The notes: generated from the sequence alone by a model not told the origin. A stretch of 64,000 bases of DNA from Marsupella aquatica (GCA_973895155.1 OZ316896.1:12690549-12754548), one strand, 5' to 3'. Positions 50,638-63,955 are shown, numbered from the stretch's first letter. A program made the numbers and translations.

Positions 50638-53049
50638 ATGGTTACCTTTACGGAGAAAGAGAGAAAGTGGATACTGAGTGATCCTGGAGAGATTTCACTC
50701 GGTGTGGATGGGAGTTTGCAGGCATCAAACATGTTCATTGAGTCACCATCAAGCCTGGATCTCATGCTTGGCATGCAAAAGAAGCCGTCTTGGGATAGTG
50801 GATGTACAGACTCATACAGAACTCTCGAAACAGATTGTTCGCAACAAATTGAGTTGAATTCCAAAGCCCCTCAACAGAAAAGAAAGAGGAAGCCTTCTTG
50901 GGGTGGTGGATTCGACGATAAAGAGAGGCTTTCGAAATTAGATTCTGCAGAAAATAGATCTGTGAATGGAGAACGGATTGGGTATCCTCCAATATCTGAA
51001 AGCGTTTGTAATCTCCAGATCCAATATGTGGCCCAGAGGAACCTTTGGCTAGAGACTCTGCGAGTACAAAGCCCTATTCTCAAAGAATTTGAACAGGGAG
51101 CAAATCAGCTTAAGAAATCGAACATGAATATGGATAAAAACGTCACTGAAAATCGAGCTCAACAATGTCCACAAGGAACAAGACACGAGGCAAAGGGCCT
51201 AAATTCTGTCACCTCACTCGTGAATTCAAGACTCAAGAAGAGGTTAAAGAAGCTTCAAGCCAGTGAGTTTGAGGAGAACAATCATTACAGGGAAATTTCC
51301 GAAAATTTACAACCACTAAAAGTTCTTGAGAATACTGCTGAGAAGACTGTTGATCTGTCGATCCCAAGTGATGCTACAGCGGAGGGAAGTTTTACACAAA
51401 ACCGCCTCATAGATTTTCTGTCTGCAACCACATTTGGAAATCAAGCTAGCGGAGATGTACCGTCAGCTCCTCCCAGCTCGAAAGAGAGTACGAGATGCAA
51501 GAGAGAGTTTTTGACGACTCAGGTTAAGAAGAATCAAGTCAGAGCATCGAGGGTAGATTGGAAAGAAGCAGATGATTCCTTATCGGCGGGATCTTCAGAG
51601 AAACAGAGCATAAGAATTGAACAACATGTTCGTGAAGACCAGATGAAAAGTGCAACGAGTTCAGCTAAGAAAGAAGATGTACAAAGAGCAACCCATGTTG
51701 AGAAACTGCGCCCAAAGAACTGTTCTGAAAAGGCATCGTTAAATGGAAAATTCTTGACTTCCTCATATAGAGAGAATTGTGCCAAGGGATACCCAAAGTC
51801 AGCAAAACCTGAACCAGCCATAACACCTCCAACTTCTAGTGCATCAAAATACGATGCTGAGATTGGCTGGGCGTCATCCACTTTGAAAAATTCTCCGAGG
51901 GGATATCCCAAGTCAATAACATCAGAAACAGCCGAAATTCCTCAAATTTCGAGTATATCAACTGATGAGGTTGGGACTGGCCCGCCAGCCTTAACTTGGG
52001 AGAACAAGAGGGGTAATACAAAGTCAAGAAAATCTGAAGCAGCCAACACTCCTCTAGTATGTAGAGGATCAAGAGATGAGGCTGGAAACCTCTCCAACAA
52101 AAAGGTCTCAAAGGATGGCCAAGGTGGAAGCAAAAAGGGGTTAGAAGACCCCCCAGATAATAAGGGGGGAAATGGAACGCTTGATGAAGAGTACAAAGAG
52201 AACCACATGAATGTGGATGATGCCCCAGTAAAGGAGGATTATGATATAGAGAAAGAAGGAAATGCAGGAAATGCGCGAGTGCGCACTCAGAGATTGTTAA
52301 AATTATTTGACAAGATCCACAAGCAGTTCAAAGGTGGACATAAAGAGGTAGATGTCCGAAATATTATAGTTGAATGTTATCCTGAATATCTTGTAAATGG
52401 GAATGACAGTGTATATGGGGAGGTCCCTGGTGTGGAAGTTGGTGATACATACAAGTATAGAGTGGAGATGGACCTTGTTGGGTTACATCACCAGTTTCGG
52501 CGTGGAATTGATGTCATACCTGCCTCTAAAAGCACTTGGTGTTTTCCAGACAACCCCAAGCCTGTTAGTGTTGCAGCATGTGTAGTGGTGGCAGGTGGTT
52601 ATGCGGATAATCGTGATGCAGGAGACATCATCATCTACACTGGAGAAGGAGGAAACAACCATTTTCAGGACAAGGGACCATCCAAAGACCAAATGTTGAC
52701 ATTTGGAAACAAAGCATTGCGACATAGTAGATTGTTGCATCTTTGTGTACGAGTCATTCGCAAATTTGATAATAAACCCCCAGCAAAGCCATTCTATAGG
52801 TATGATGGGTTATATGAAGTTGTGGACATGAGGAAGGATCGCTCAGGAGGCCGCCAGAAGAAGCCTTTGTGTCAAGGGGAGATTAATGATGCCAACCATA
52901 AGGGTAACAAATGCAAAACAGTACCTTTGAAGCCTCTAGTTTACAAGTTTCTGCTTGTTAAAAAATCAGCAAGAGAAAAGTACAAGAATGTGAAAAACCT
53001 GTGGGCTTATAAGCCCCTATGTCATGCTCGGGTACTCAAGAATCAGTAG
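50638..53049 (+). CDS. SRA/YDG methyl-DNA-binding domain protein (SUVH-like SRA, no pre-SET/SET), 803 aa
   Basis: Uninterrupted 2.4-kb ORF. C-terminal SRA signature GEVPGVEVGDTYKYRVEMDLVGLH...GGYADNRDAGDIIIYTGEGG...DQMLTFGNKAL...VRVIR...YRYDGLYEV. Long low-complexity N-terminus. Confidence 0.92.
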   Translation: MVTFTEKERKWILSDPGEISLGVDGSLQASNMFIESPSSLDLMLGMQKKPSWDSGCTDSYRTLETDCSQQIELNSKAPQQKRKRKPSWGGGFDDKERLSKLDSAENRSVNGERIGYPPISESVCNLQIQYVAQRNLWLETLRVQSPILKEFEQGANQLKKSNMNMDKNVTENRAQQCPQGTRHEAKGLNSVTSLVNSRLKKRLKKLQASEFEENNHYREISENLQPLKVLENTAEKTVDLSIPSDATAEGSFTQNRLIDFLSATTFGNQASGDVPSAPPSSKESTRCKREFLTTQVKKNQVRASRVDWKEADDSLSAGSSEKQSIRIEQHVREDQMKSATSSAKKEDVQRATHVEKLRPKNCSEKASLNGKFLTSSYRENCAKGYPKSAKPEPAITPPTSSASKYDAEIGWASSTLKNSPRGYPKSITSETAEIPQISSISTDEVGTGPPALTWENKRGNTKSRKSEAANTPLVCRGSRDEAGNLSNKKVSKDGQGGSKKGLEDPPDNKGGNGTLDEEYKENHMNVDDAPVKEDYDIEKEGNAGNARVRTQRLLKLFDKIHKQFKGGHKEVDVRNIIVECYPEYLVNGNDSVYGEVPGVEVGDTYKYRVEMDLVGLHHQFRRGIDVIPASKSTWCFPDNPKPVSVAACVVVAGGYADNRDAGDIIIYTGEGGNNHFQDKGPSKDQMLTFGNKALRHSRLLHLCVRVIRKFDNKPPAKPFYRYDGLYEVVDMRKDRSGGRQKKPLCQGEINDANHKGNKCKTVPLKPLVYKFLLVKKSAREKYKNVKNLWAYKPLCHARVLKNQ

Positions 53050-54104
53050 GAAGTACTTATCTCTGTATATATGATTTCATGGAAGTTTAGCATAATTTTG
53101 AAATGCTCAAAAGCAAAGGTTTGTAACAATAGCAATTGAGATCTCTGTAGGTTACTTTGAGCTTTTGAGCTTAAAAGGTAAGAACAGATTTTATTGTAAC
53201 ATATCTCAAATATATTTGACCTATCTTGAACAATTCTTAGTGGTCTACTGGCATGCTTATCATCTATCAATGGTTATTATACTTTTGGTGCAATGTTTGG
53301 TTTTCCCTCTGTATGAGCTGGGATGAAACTTGCCACAGACTGCAAAGAGTTGTGTGAGCAATAAGAGCTAGACAAAGCTTCTAAGGTTGCAAAGGCAATA
53401 TCTTTATATACCAAACACTATAATGAACAATCCCACCAAAAAGGTGAGACAGTCTGCTTTCAAAATGCGAAAAAGACACTAGCCAATCCTGACCCTTCAC
53501 CAAAAAACACTTATGGCACTATTAGATCCACCCATACACCCTCCTGCCTCACCCATCTGCTCAGGCTGCCCTACACCTGCACGGACCTGCCTGTGATGCA
53601 AAAAGATAATGACAAAATAAAAAAATTAAATTTCGTTTTTATACAAAAATAAATTTTGCTTGGCACATCTTGAAAAATTTAGAATATATATAAATAAATT
53701 TAGATTTTATGTATTGAGTGAAAAAAATTTAAAAAGAGAAACCCTCTCTCTTGTCACAAACCGGGTTTGGACTCTACAACGTTGTGGCCACCATCACCCA
53801 TCTTGCATCCTTGCGCCCTCCCCCTCCCCAACAAAAAATATTGACCAAATTGATAACACTTCCACAAGAACCCCCACCCAATCAAAATGACATTCAAGAC
53901 TTCAGTACTCACAAACAAGCCACAAAGTCAAAACAATAACACTTCTTTGCCTTACTTGCAATTATTTACCTCATCCTGAAATTTCTGTGCAAGGCTCGAC
54001 CAGGTATTGTTGCACCAACAATTGCATGGCAATGATTGCATTGTCACAACTACAATCTCTTGGGTCACTTCTTTTCTTCTGACCTATAGCTAGTAAATAA
54101 GTCA

Positions 54105-54357
54105 GGGTTTTTTTTAATTCAATTAGGCAGAAGACTTGAAATTTTTTGTTGAAGATCATTTGGGGTGTTTTAATCCAAATTTGAGGATTAGAAGAACTAT
54201 AGGGGTGTTTAAGACCAAAATCAGAAATATTCCTATAATATTTTACAAAGCAAGGGGTAAAAAATAGTGAACTTTTTTTCCTTAAGTTTTAGGGTGTTTA
54301 TTAATTACCCAAATAATTTGTGCATGATATGTGACCTCTCTTAAAGTGAGGCCCCCT
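54105..54357 (+). repeat. Uninterrupted copy of the dispersed repeat at 43290/45230
   Basis: Shared sequence blocks with 43290-43445 and 45230-45310. Confidence 0.65.
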
Positions 54358-55830
54358 AAAATTCACATCATCTCAAATTTTTTATGCAATGCATATGGCC
54401 GCAATGACAATCATACAATGCACGGGCATTGGCTATCAAATACTATGTTATGCAGTGACATCTTTTGTGGACATTGTTTGTTTACAAAAACAAAAAAATC
54501 ATGTGCATGATGAGATTCTTTATTGAACATGAATATAGAGGTTTACTCTCTTCAAAGTAATTATAGGATCATAAATGCAGTGATGTGTTTGTATCTACCT
54601 TTGTAGTACCTTTACACAAAATGAGCAGTTGTATCCTGAGGGCACTAAAGAACATGAACTCAAAATTGTATTTAAGCATCTAAGTACACATTATGTCTTC
54701 ACTTTTATTCTTTGACTATTTCTCCATATTAAACTTGCACCATTTAGAGGTTGGTTCATAAAAATTCATCTTAATTTTAAGAAGAAATGATTAATTATTG
54801 TTTTTAATGTTAAAATCTTTTTGAGCGGGAAACAGTACGAAACAACCTACTTCACTTTCTTTCAGGGGAATGACACACCTCTAAATATCTAAAATAAAAT
54901 GTCTTGGCTGACTTATTTAGATACAATAATCCTAAAAGTATACAAAAAAAAATTTAATACCATTTGGAGAAGGTTGCATAAAGTTGGAGCAACTATGTCA
55001 TTGTACATATAATCTACTACACAATAAGAATTGACAACACAGTACGGATGACATGCAAATAATCTGCAGTACCTGCTTTGGACTCCAAATCTAGAGCATC
55101 CCTAGGTCTATGACACTGTAACATAATTTTTGTAGGTTATTGGTGTGTAAACCAACTAGGGGGGTTGCTATTATTTCCATAATCTCTTACCCAGAAGTAA
55201 CATTTTCCAGACAGGATTAGTTACTCAACTCATGTGATGACTGTCTGTGTCTGTAGGTGGCTGAGCCTGATTCGTCCCTGGCCCACACCTTTCATTGGCA
55301 TTTGATTCACTTGTGCTCTGGCCCCTTGGGTATGTTTTTCTCCCCGCCCAGCTACTGTGTGAAAAATATTGAGCCCACCACCACCTTAAAAGAAACACAT
55401 ATATTATTCACACTGTAGTCTGGGGTGCCTGGTGGACAGTGCCAAGTGCCAGGTGGCATAAATAGTGGAGCAAGGATGGATGACGGCCGACATCTTTCTG
55501 CCCTTGACGTGAGAACGATATGACGGTCTCATGGAGAATGAGCGAGGGGGTGAGGGCGACCAGGGCCTCGGGCCACGAAAGGCTATGGCGATCGTCTACA
55601 GCAAAGCCTGACCCAGATGCGCAACGAGTGAGACTGGTGGTGAGAATGCTCACATGTCAAGGAATTCTCGGGAGGAAATCGAATCGCAGCCATGGGAAAT
55701 GGGTCGCGAGAAAACGATTCATGGAATGTGTACAGGGTGGCGTCCCTGACAAACCCTTCCTATGCGCGCAATCCAGGTATATCTCATGAATCGATTATTA
55801 TGGACCCGTTCTTAAAATTTCAGAGTGATT

Positions 55831-58800
55831 ATGGAGAATGTTGATTATGGAGAGGTCTTAGAATGTCTGGGAACAGAATGTCCTTTGAAGGGCGAGACGT
55901 TCGATTGGGAGCAGATTCCACTGATTCTTACTGATTCCGATCTCAAGGTGGGGAAGTAAGGCTGTTGATGTTCCCGCGGACGATGAGGGTGGAAAGAATA
56001 CTTCTGGTTTTTCTGTCCACGAGATTTGTCTGAAGGAAAATTTCTGAATTTTGCTGACATCTTTCGCGATGGAGTTTAATTCCGAAGAAATTCAAGGCAG
56101 TTTTTGAAGGAAAAACACATATCGGGAAACTGATGACCCATCTCTTTGCGTTGTTGCTGATTTGAGGGTGTCCTGGCCTCAATTTCGATAATCAAGGTTC
56201 ACTTAAATCAACACTTCAAGGACCCTCTGCTTTGTAGTGAGAAGAGGGCTTTTCTGGCTTTGTCTTTAGGCTCTGTGTCCTTAAATCTGAAGCTATGAGG
56301 ATCGTTAAAGGAGGTGTTGAAGTAGTGAACTGAAATATTTGGGTCATCTGGATTCACTCCGTTCCTCAGTTTTAGAGAGCAGTGTGCTCACTTAGTCTGT
56401 TTTGGCTCACAGATCACTTTTCTTCTGGGATGCATTGTCTTGATAAGTATGATAGATGTACCAATGCAGGTGAAACTTGTCTACCAATCGGCCCCCACCT
56501 TTTATCAATCCAGGGATCGGATATTTATGCTGATAAATGGGGTTTGAGTACTTGTGCAGATTGTCCTCAGTTGAAGTTAGAGAATAGGACAAATGAATGG
56601 ACTAAACATTCAATGAGTCGTAGCGTTTAGAACAAATGTGTGATGGTATATGCATTAGTCCAGCGAGGATTCTGTTGATTCTGCATAGGAATGAGGCTGA
56701 TAAGTTCCCGACGATGAATCCTTATCAATCAGGAATTTGCTGAGTTGGAGACTTATCGATCATTATGATGATGTATTAGACATTCACGTGACCACTGACT
56801 TCCCTGTTGTGTGATTGGCATGAATTAGATCCGGGGAAGGGCCTGAAGCAGATATTGGAAATGAGCGATTTAGTGATGGATTCTCCTTCTTCGTCATCTT
56901 CCTCCCCAAAGGTCCAAAGCGAGGTTCGTTTCCGACAATACTGACTCACATCTCACAATGGGCTTATCCGGTCCTGGATTTTTGCATTGTTTTGGGCCCC
57001 TAGTGATGGAATAGTCAGGATTGTGAACCTGCCTGTTCTTTCCTTTATTTTTCATTTTAGTTCCAGTGATCACTGTGGCATTACTATCCACTTGAACTTG
57101 AAGATGTTTGTGGACCAGGTGGATATGCCTCAATCAGGCCAGATTCCGTGGTACTTTCCACATCTAGCAGCAGGCACGGCAGGTATAGATGAATTTGTTT
57201 TTCAGTCAGCATGCTATTGGCTTTATGGGTCTGCAACCACTGTGGGCAAAAAGGAATTATTTGAAAGAATCACTTTATGTAATCGTGATTAACTATCCCA
57301 CGGTTGTCTATTGCATCGCGAAAGTTAAGAGGCATATCTTTAGGAAGCAAAATACAAGGAACAACTAAGAAGGGGTGAGCACGAGAATGTTCTCTAAATC
57401 CAGTGGACCCAGAAAGGGAATTGAATGCGGAGCGTAAAGGCGTCAAGATAATGCTGCCATGGGCGCTGTAATGTAGGATTTCAGCAGCTAGTCTGAAATT
57501 TGAGTGCTGTATTGGTTCCCTTTGGAATGTCTCAAGAAGCTAAACTATTTCTTTCATCAACGGCCAAGATAGTCTCCATGCCAGATACTTATGCCTGAGT
57601 AAGGTTACGTAGTTAATAGGTGTTTTGTCTTGCGCAGATGAAGCAGCACTCAATGAAGCAAGTATGGATGGAGAGAACTCTACTGGATCAATTGAGGTCG
57701 ATCCGGGTTCCCTGAGCATCAGAAATTGTTCTCTTGTACAAAGTAGTTCCAACAAGCCAGATGGGCAGGCGGCTGTTTTCAGATTCCCATCTGGCACAGA
57801 AATAGAACCTGCAATGCAGAGTGACAGTCTTCTGGCACTCCCACACTTTGGAGGGGCTACGTCTTTATTTAACGCAACCGGTGCTGCGATGATGGGAGTG
57901 GGGCAAACTCTCATAACTGGACCACCTGCTATTTGGCAAGGGTCAGTGACCTTTGTACGGCCCTCTCTGGTAATTTTAGGAAGCTTGAAGTAGCCTTGCC
58001 TCACTTATTCATGAGATGTGCTTTACTTGAGAAGCTCAATAATCATCGACATGTAGAAAGGAATTATCAGTGTAAAGTTTCTTCACGCTTATTGATATTT
58101 GAACTGGTACATTTGGGGAATTTTATGCTGATGTTTCTGCTACCTCTTGCACTGCTGTTTTGGGAACGAGTTTCTTATGATAGGTAAAACGATCCGCGGC
58201 CCGTCTCACACACCTCAATCTTAGGTTACATGTCAGAAATATTATGATACGGAGATGACTGCATTAGACTGGTGGCTTCAATCCGCAGATTTTATGGTCA
58301 TCAATTTCTGGCACGGACTTGCTTTTTTCGACAATGTCAAGGGCCACCTGAAGGACATTTCTGAGTAGAAACTGAATATTAAGATACAACTTGATTTTGC
58401 CAAGGAATTATGTCTAGGGTCCATCCTGGTGGTTTGTTATTCTTGTAGTTGGTCGCTCTATCCTTCGGATTATCAGGCTCTCTCGATCCTTACTAAAATC
58501 TTTAAACTGTTGTATTTGTCTGTTTATTTCAGCATGGTTTCTCGTGTTCAAACTACATTACGAGGATCAGCTGATGACATAGGATGGCTACAGAAGGACC
58601 CAACTCTACCACCTGTGGTAGATAAGACGGAGAGATTTGTACAGCTTCTTGGACGAATCAGGTACGAGACTTCAAACTGCCAGACAATAATAGACTGGGT
58701 CAGCGAGCCATAAGGACGCTGAACCGACTCCGATCTTTGGCTACAGATCCGTCTCGAACCGGAGCGACTTTCTAGTTTATAGAGAGCTAAAATGAAATGT

Positions 58801-61568
58801 AGTGTCCTTAGTAGCATATGATTGAGACTGCAGAATGGTCCGAGTCACCTGGTTTCATTGTTTTCATAGAGATTGTTGACTCTTCCTCAGAGTCATGCAA
58901 ATTGTGATTCTATAGCTCAGCAGCCTAAGATGTCTTTGCCAGTGTGACAATTTGAAATTATCTTGGCGTGTATGAATGCGTAATAATTTTACCTCAGGTT
59001 TGAACAGTGACGCTCTTAGTGTGACATTGTGTATCACTTGTGCTGGTTTTCGTCGGGGCTATCGTTCATATTATGCACTCTTGAGGTTAGTTGGACAGGG
59101 TTAATATAGGTTGTGTATCTCTGAAAGGTCAAAGACTGTAAATCTAGTAGGCAGTTTTGCCCTGCACAATGTACTGCTTCTTGTGGTATGCAACCCCTAG
59201 ACATCGACCACAGTTGCATGAATCTTTTACATGCTTTGTACACGTTTTGTAAAGAATTCCAGTCATGCCATGGAGTTGACATATTGACCAATTGTGTGTA
59301 TGTCTATGGCAGTAATGGTGTACATGTGCTTCCTGATTCTCTTGTTTACCTTCTCATTCCAGGTAGAGTTTGTACGTGGACTCGTTTTTGCTATCATGTA
59401 TCTAGTGCATTTTCAGTGAGCTTTTCAAATTTTTGCAACTCACGCAGTTTGTCCATATAGATAGTTGTATGTTCTATGCTACTATCTTAGCATTGCTAAT
59501 TTTTCTCTGAGTCGAAAGTGTCGTAACCCCATGAGTTATCAGTCGCCCGTATCAGGTATCAGTGGCTCCTATCAGTTGTTTGCATGTGGAACTTTCCTAC
59601 TCAGCGAGGCTGCATGATTCAACGGAAATGTCGAGTTGAAAAAGTCACTTGGCAAGGTTAGCCGAGTGGATTTTTCTCTAAAACGTTTTGCTCCCTCTCA
59701 GCCTTCTAATCAGGCGCCTTCAACTTGCAGGGCTTTTCAGTAACCATGGACCTTTGTATTTCGTTGACACAAAGAAGTATTTCTCCAATCTGGGCCTTGC
59801 TTGCTACATTGCCCGCATTAAAAGTGAGGTTAGTAGCTCTGGCTATAAGCTTCATTCATCGCCATTTCTTGTACGCAATTGTTGACGATAGATTGTTTCA
59901 GATTTATAACGCTGGGATGTCTATCTTGGCAGAGCTTTAAGATGTGTCCCATATGGTGTTCATGTTTCTCATTAATCAATTGCAAGGCTTGGTTTGTCAG
60001 CACCTTGTATGCCATCTGCTGGCTAGCCAGGGCTCAGAGTGATAAGGGCCATTGATGCTGCCAAAAATTACTGATAGGGTCAATTAACAGGCAGGTGTTG
60101 AAACAAATGCTCGAGAACTTAAGGAGTACATTGAAGAGCTTTACTGGGGCACAGGTAAACGGGTGATACTGCTTGGACACAGTAAAGGTAGTGTTGATGC
60201 AGCTGCTGCATGTGCAACTTATTGGCCTGATTTGAAGGACAAAGTAGTTGGTCTAGTCTTTGCACAGAGTCCGTATGGTGGAAGTCCCATTGCGTCAGAC
60301 ATACTTCGCGAAGGCCAGATTGCAGACTTCGAGACGAGAAAAATATTGCAAACTATCATCAAGGTCATCAAGGTAGGTCATACTTCGATGTGGCAGCTTT
60401 CAAGAGAACAACGAAGGGGTGAAATATATATACTAGCATGAGTACCAATGAACGTACATTAGGATGAGACAAACGAAATCTTGCCAAAAGAAATTCCTTA
60501 ATATTTCCCGTTCATCTTTGCCGTCTCTGTTTTCCCGTTGTCCCCTTAGAGTCACGGTCTAGAGGCTTCCCTTAGAGTCACGGTCTAGAGTCTTCACTCT
60601 AGACAGTAGCCCTTAACAGTAAGTAAGTTTCGATCGCGCTTTATCAGTAATATTGAGGGATGAGTTCCTATACCTGAGAGTATGGAAGCACTCTTCCTTG
60701 GACTGTCGACACTATCTAATGTGGATTGGGCAGCGCGCGCTTTATCAGTAATATTGAGGGATGAGTTCCTACTCCTTAGAGTATGAAAGCCTCTTCCTTG
60801 GACTGTCGACACTATCTAATGTGGATTGGGCAGCGTATAGTTGATATTGCTGTCGGCAGTACACGATTTTAGTTGTAATAATGAGTTGGGGCCCTGTATG
60901 ATATATACCGATCCTTGATTTATGAATGTTCTGAATGGTTTTCTGGTTGGCAATTCTAATGGCAGGGTGATATCCAATCCCTGGAGGACCTGACTTACGA
61001 GAAAAGACGGAAGTTTGTCGCCAGCCATACTCTCCCAATGGAACTTCCGACTGTGTCCTTCCATACAGAAGCAAGTAGAGCTGCAAGTGTCTTGTCCACA
61101 ATGTCTCATGTTGCACACGCGGAGCTTCCTTGGCTGCCTCTTTCAAGTTCCAAAGGCAGTTCAGAGGAACCTGCAGCTGGAGCAAAGTTGCCTGTTGCTA
61201 TGCCTCTGGCGGCTGCGATGGCCCTTTGTGCCATACACTTGGATATCAGATACGGTGAAGCGAGCGACGGACTTGTGGCTCGCAAGGATGCCGAAGTTCC
61301 CGGCTCCGTGGTTGTCAGACCAGATAAGAAGTTGGACCATGCTTGGATGGTTTATTCGCCAGCAAAAAAGGCAGCAAATGAACCTGATGCAGCTCATATG
61401 TGTGAAGCGCTTTTGACTCTCCTCTTGGAGGAGGAGGCCGCTAGAAAGAAGATTCCCTGCAACGGAGATAGATCACCTGTTGTAGAGGATCCGATGGTAC
61501 CCAGCTCCGATACCTTGATGCCTTCCACAGAGATCCAGGAAGGCGAGGAATACCTTAAAAATTTGTGA
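55831..61568 (+). CDS. Alpha/beta-hydrolase superfamily protein (lipase-like GHSKG nucleophile elbow), about 548 aa
   Basis: Exons 55831-55947, 57119-57182, 57638-57941, 58533-58661, 59313-59362, 59731-59828, 60091-60372 and 60966-61568; phase-consistent (1647 nt). Motifs RGSADDIGWLQ, YLLIPGLFSNHGPLYF, LLGHSKG, QSPYGGSPIASD, SDGLV and LDHAWMV match a conserved plant family (At2g44970-like, from memory). The first two exons are less certain. Confidence 0.9.
60543..60835. repeat. Two tandem duplications (26-bp and ~101-bp period) in the last hydrolase intron
   Basis: cccttagagtcacggtctagag x2 (60543, 60569) and cgcgctttatcagtaatattgagggatgag...gtggattgggcagcg x2 (60635, 60736). Confidence 0.92.
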
Positions 61569-63319
61569 GGTCCCGGTTCTTTACACCTCCTGTGGCAACG
61601 TCATGTATCAGAGGTAGTCACTTAGGAGCTCGTCCTACGTGAAGCTTTCCTTCAAGGTCCCATATACCAGTTGCAGCGAATTCCGTTATTGTGCCTTTCG
61701 TAGACATAGAAGATTTGCACACGGAAGCCGTTATAAATGTTGGTGCTGTCTAGTAGATGGTAGGAGATCTCTTCAATAACGATTTCTGTTGAAGTTGTGA
61801 AGGAAGAGACACTTGTAAAAATCAATTACTTCTATCGTACCATACGATACGAAAGCTTGTCTCAACAAATATCTCCTTGTGTGCCTATGCAACAAACTAC
61901 CGCACCGTAACCCCTTCAAAATTACTCCTTCAATTGTAGAATAGAGGTTTGTGACGACGTTCTCTCTCTCACCTAACTTCACTGGAATCGTCAGCTGAGG
62001 ATTTTTCCTTAGTGTTTACTGTGCAACTGTCCAGCCGCTCTTCTGTACAAACAGTGAATTCCTTTCGACTCTTCAGCAAGCATGGTGACATACTTTCGAA
62101 CCATCTTTGCAGCTAAAGAACAGTATTTTGCACAATGTCATCTATGCTTGCCTAGGGTACCTGACTCCAGTGGTGTAATGGATGTCGATGCTTTCGATGC
62201 TTGTCTACACCCTACGAAGGCCCTTCACTTCATTTGTTGGAGACGGTGCTCTATTCTCTTAAAAGCCGTATTCTATATTTGGCAAGGTTTCGTGGAAAAG
62301 TCACGCTGAAGATTGTCCGACTCCCATAGCCATCACTCGTCTACAGCTTACAATCACAATTCTGGAGCAAACTAAACACATGGCTTACGGAAGAACAGGA
62401 AATTTAGTTCAAACCAGGAATGTGACTAAATATATTTGGACACTCGCTTCGCAAGTAATTCTTCCTAACAAGTGATTTATCCTCAAATATAGATTTTGAT
62501 GTCAGGTGAAAGGAATCAATGTAGCGCTGCACGCAGTGCCTCGAGTAAGCTACAAAGATGGACCCGGACGGTCGTCGTCTATCCTACATGGAACCATACA
62601 CAGAGCTTCACGTTGTCAGCACACCAGTATTTGAATGCAGCCACGCGTAGCAAGTTACCAAGCAGTTGCTACTTGGAAGTAGGGTGTCTGAACGCTGCAT
62701 TCTCCGACAATCTCGACGACAGCTCCTCGAAGGGAGATATTACGCTACGATTCAGCAGGAAGAGAGATATCACAAGACATCGTGATCGGACCACACTTAC
62801 ATCTAACGATTCCTTCCGTTTCAGGCTCATTGCTTATGATGATTTCTCGTTGAACGTTGAAAGTCCTTGGGTAAAGTCCACTTGCATGATGTTCTGTCAA
62901 CTAAACTAAAAGTCTTCAGTTTAGATGACACCACTTTGCTTGGTGGCATTTCATCGGGACTCAATCCGAGGCTAATCCAGGAAACCTAGTGTATTGTTCA
63001 GATACCTTCCGCTGCTGTCCGTGGTCAGCCTCCACCTCCGGACATTGCCACGCCGTAGGAGGCGTGACGTCCGATGGCAGTTGCTCAGGTTTTGAGGAGA
63101 GCAACTGCCGACGGATTTGAAACACGCTTTCTTCACGATCAACGCTAACTTTGCAGACAGCTTCCTAAAAGATGCTGGCAGTACAAACGCAAGCGATTGA
63201 GTACTACCAGAGTCTTTTGGGAGGCTGTATACACAGCCGATCAGTCGGGGGAGCCTGCCTCCTCAGATTCTCCTCTCCAGGTGCAGCCAACAAAACGAAG
63301 CGGCCATATCGAGATATCG

Positions 63320-63955
63320 ACAACTTCAGAGCAGAAATTTCATTAAAACTCGGATCAGAAGAAGGGAACCCATCAAAACAGGGAACTGCCTGTTCACACA
63401 CACGGCACCAAGCAATCAAACTATCACAGCATCAAAGGTCGGGGGAGGGGCGGCGGGCCCATCGCGGAAAGGCATCGGGTGTTCCGTAGTAGCGATCATC
63501 GCGAAGGGATCTAGAGCGAGATAACTCGCAAGGACGAGGAGCTGCTGGAGCCGTGTCGACAGCTTCGGAGAGAGAAAGTTCCTTCGAACTTGGATCAGAA
63601 GAAGTGGAACCAAAGCACACACAGAGCTGCCGGTTCACACGGCACGACTCAATCGGCCAAACGGGGCACAGAAACGCGCTTCTAACAACAAGGACGAGAA
63701 CCTTGTGGAGCTCTACATCCACAGTTCGGAGGAGAAATTCCTCTCAGACTCGGACCCGAAGAAGTGAAACCAATGCAAGCAGAAGCTGTCTGTTCACATG
63801 GCACTAAGCCATCGACCGAAACACCAACGACGGCAATGGCGATCACGAGAAGCTGATGGAGCTCTATATACTCAACTTCGGAGGAGAAATTTCTTTGGGA
63901 CTGGGATCAGAAGAAGTGGAACCGAAGGCAACAGACGACTGTCAGTTCACACACC
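63320..63955 (+). repeat. Four degenerate ~90-110 bp blocks separated by variable linkers
   Basis: ttcggaggagaaatt...act.ggatcagaagaagtggaacc...ctg.c.gttcaca at about 63324, 63563, 63724 and 63876. Confidence 0.8.

Noticed and set aside
62496-62909. 137-aa ORF
   Set aside because: No motifs or splice support; not distinguishable from chance.
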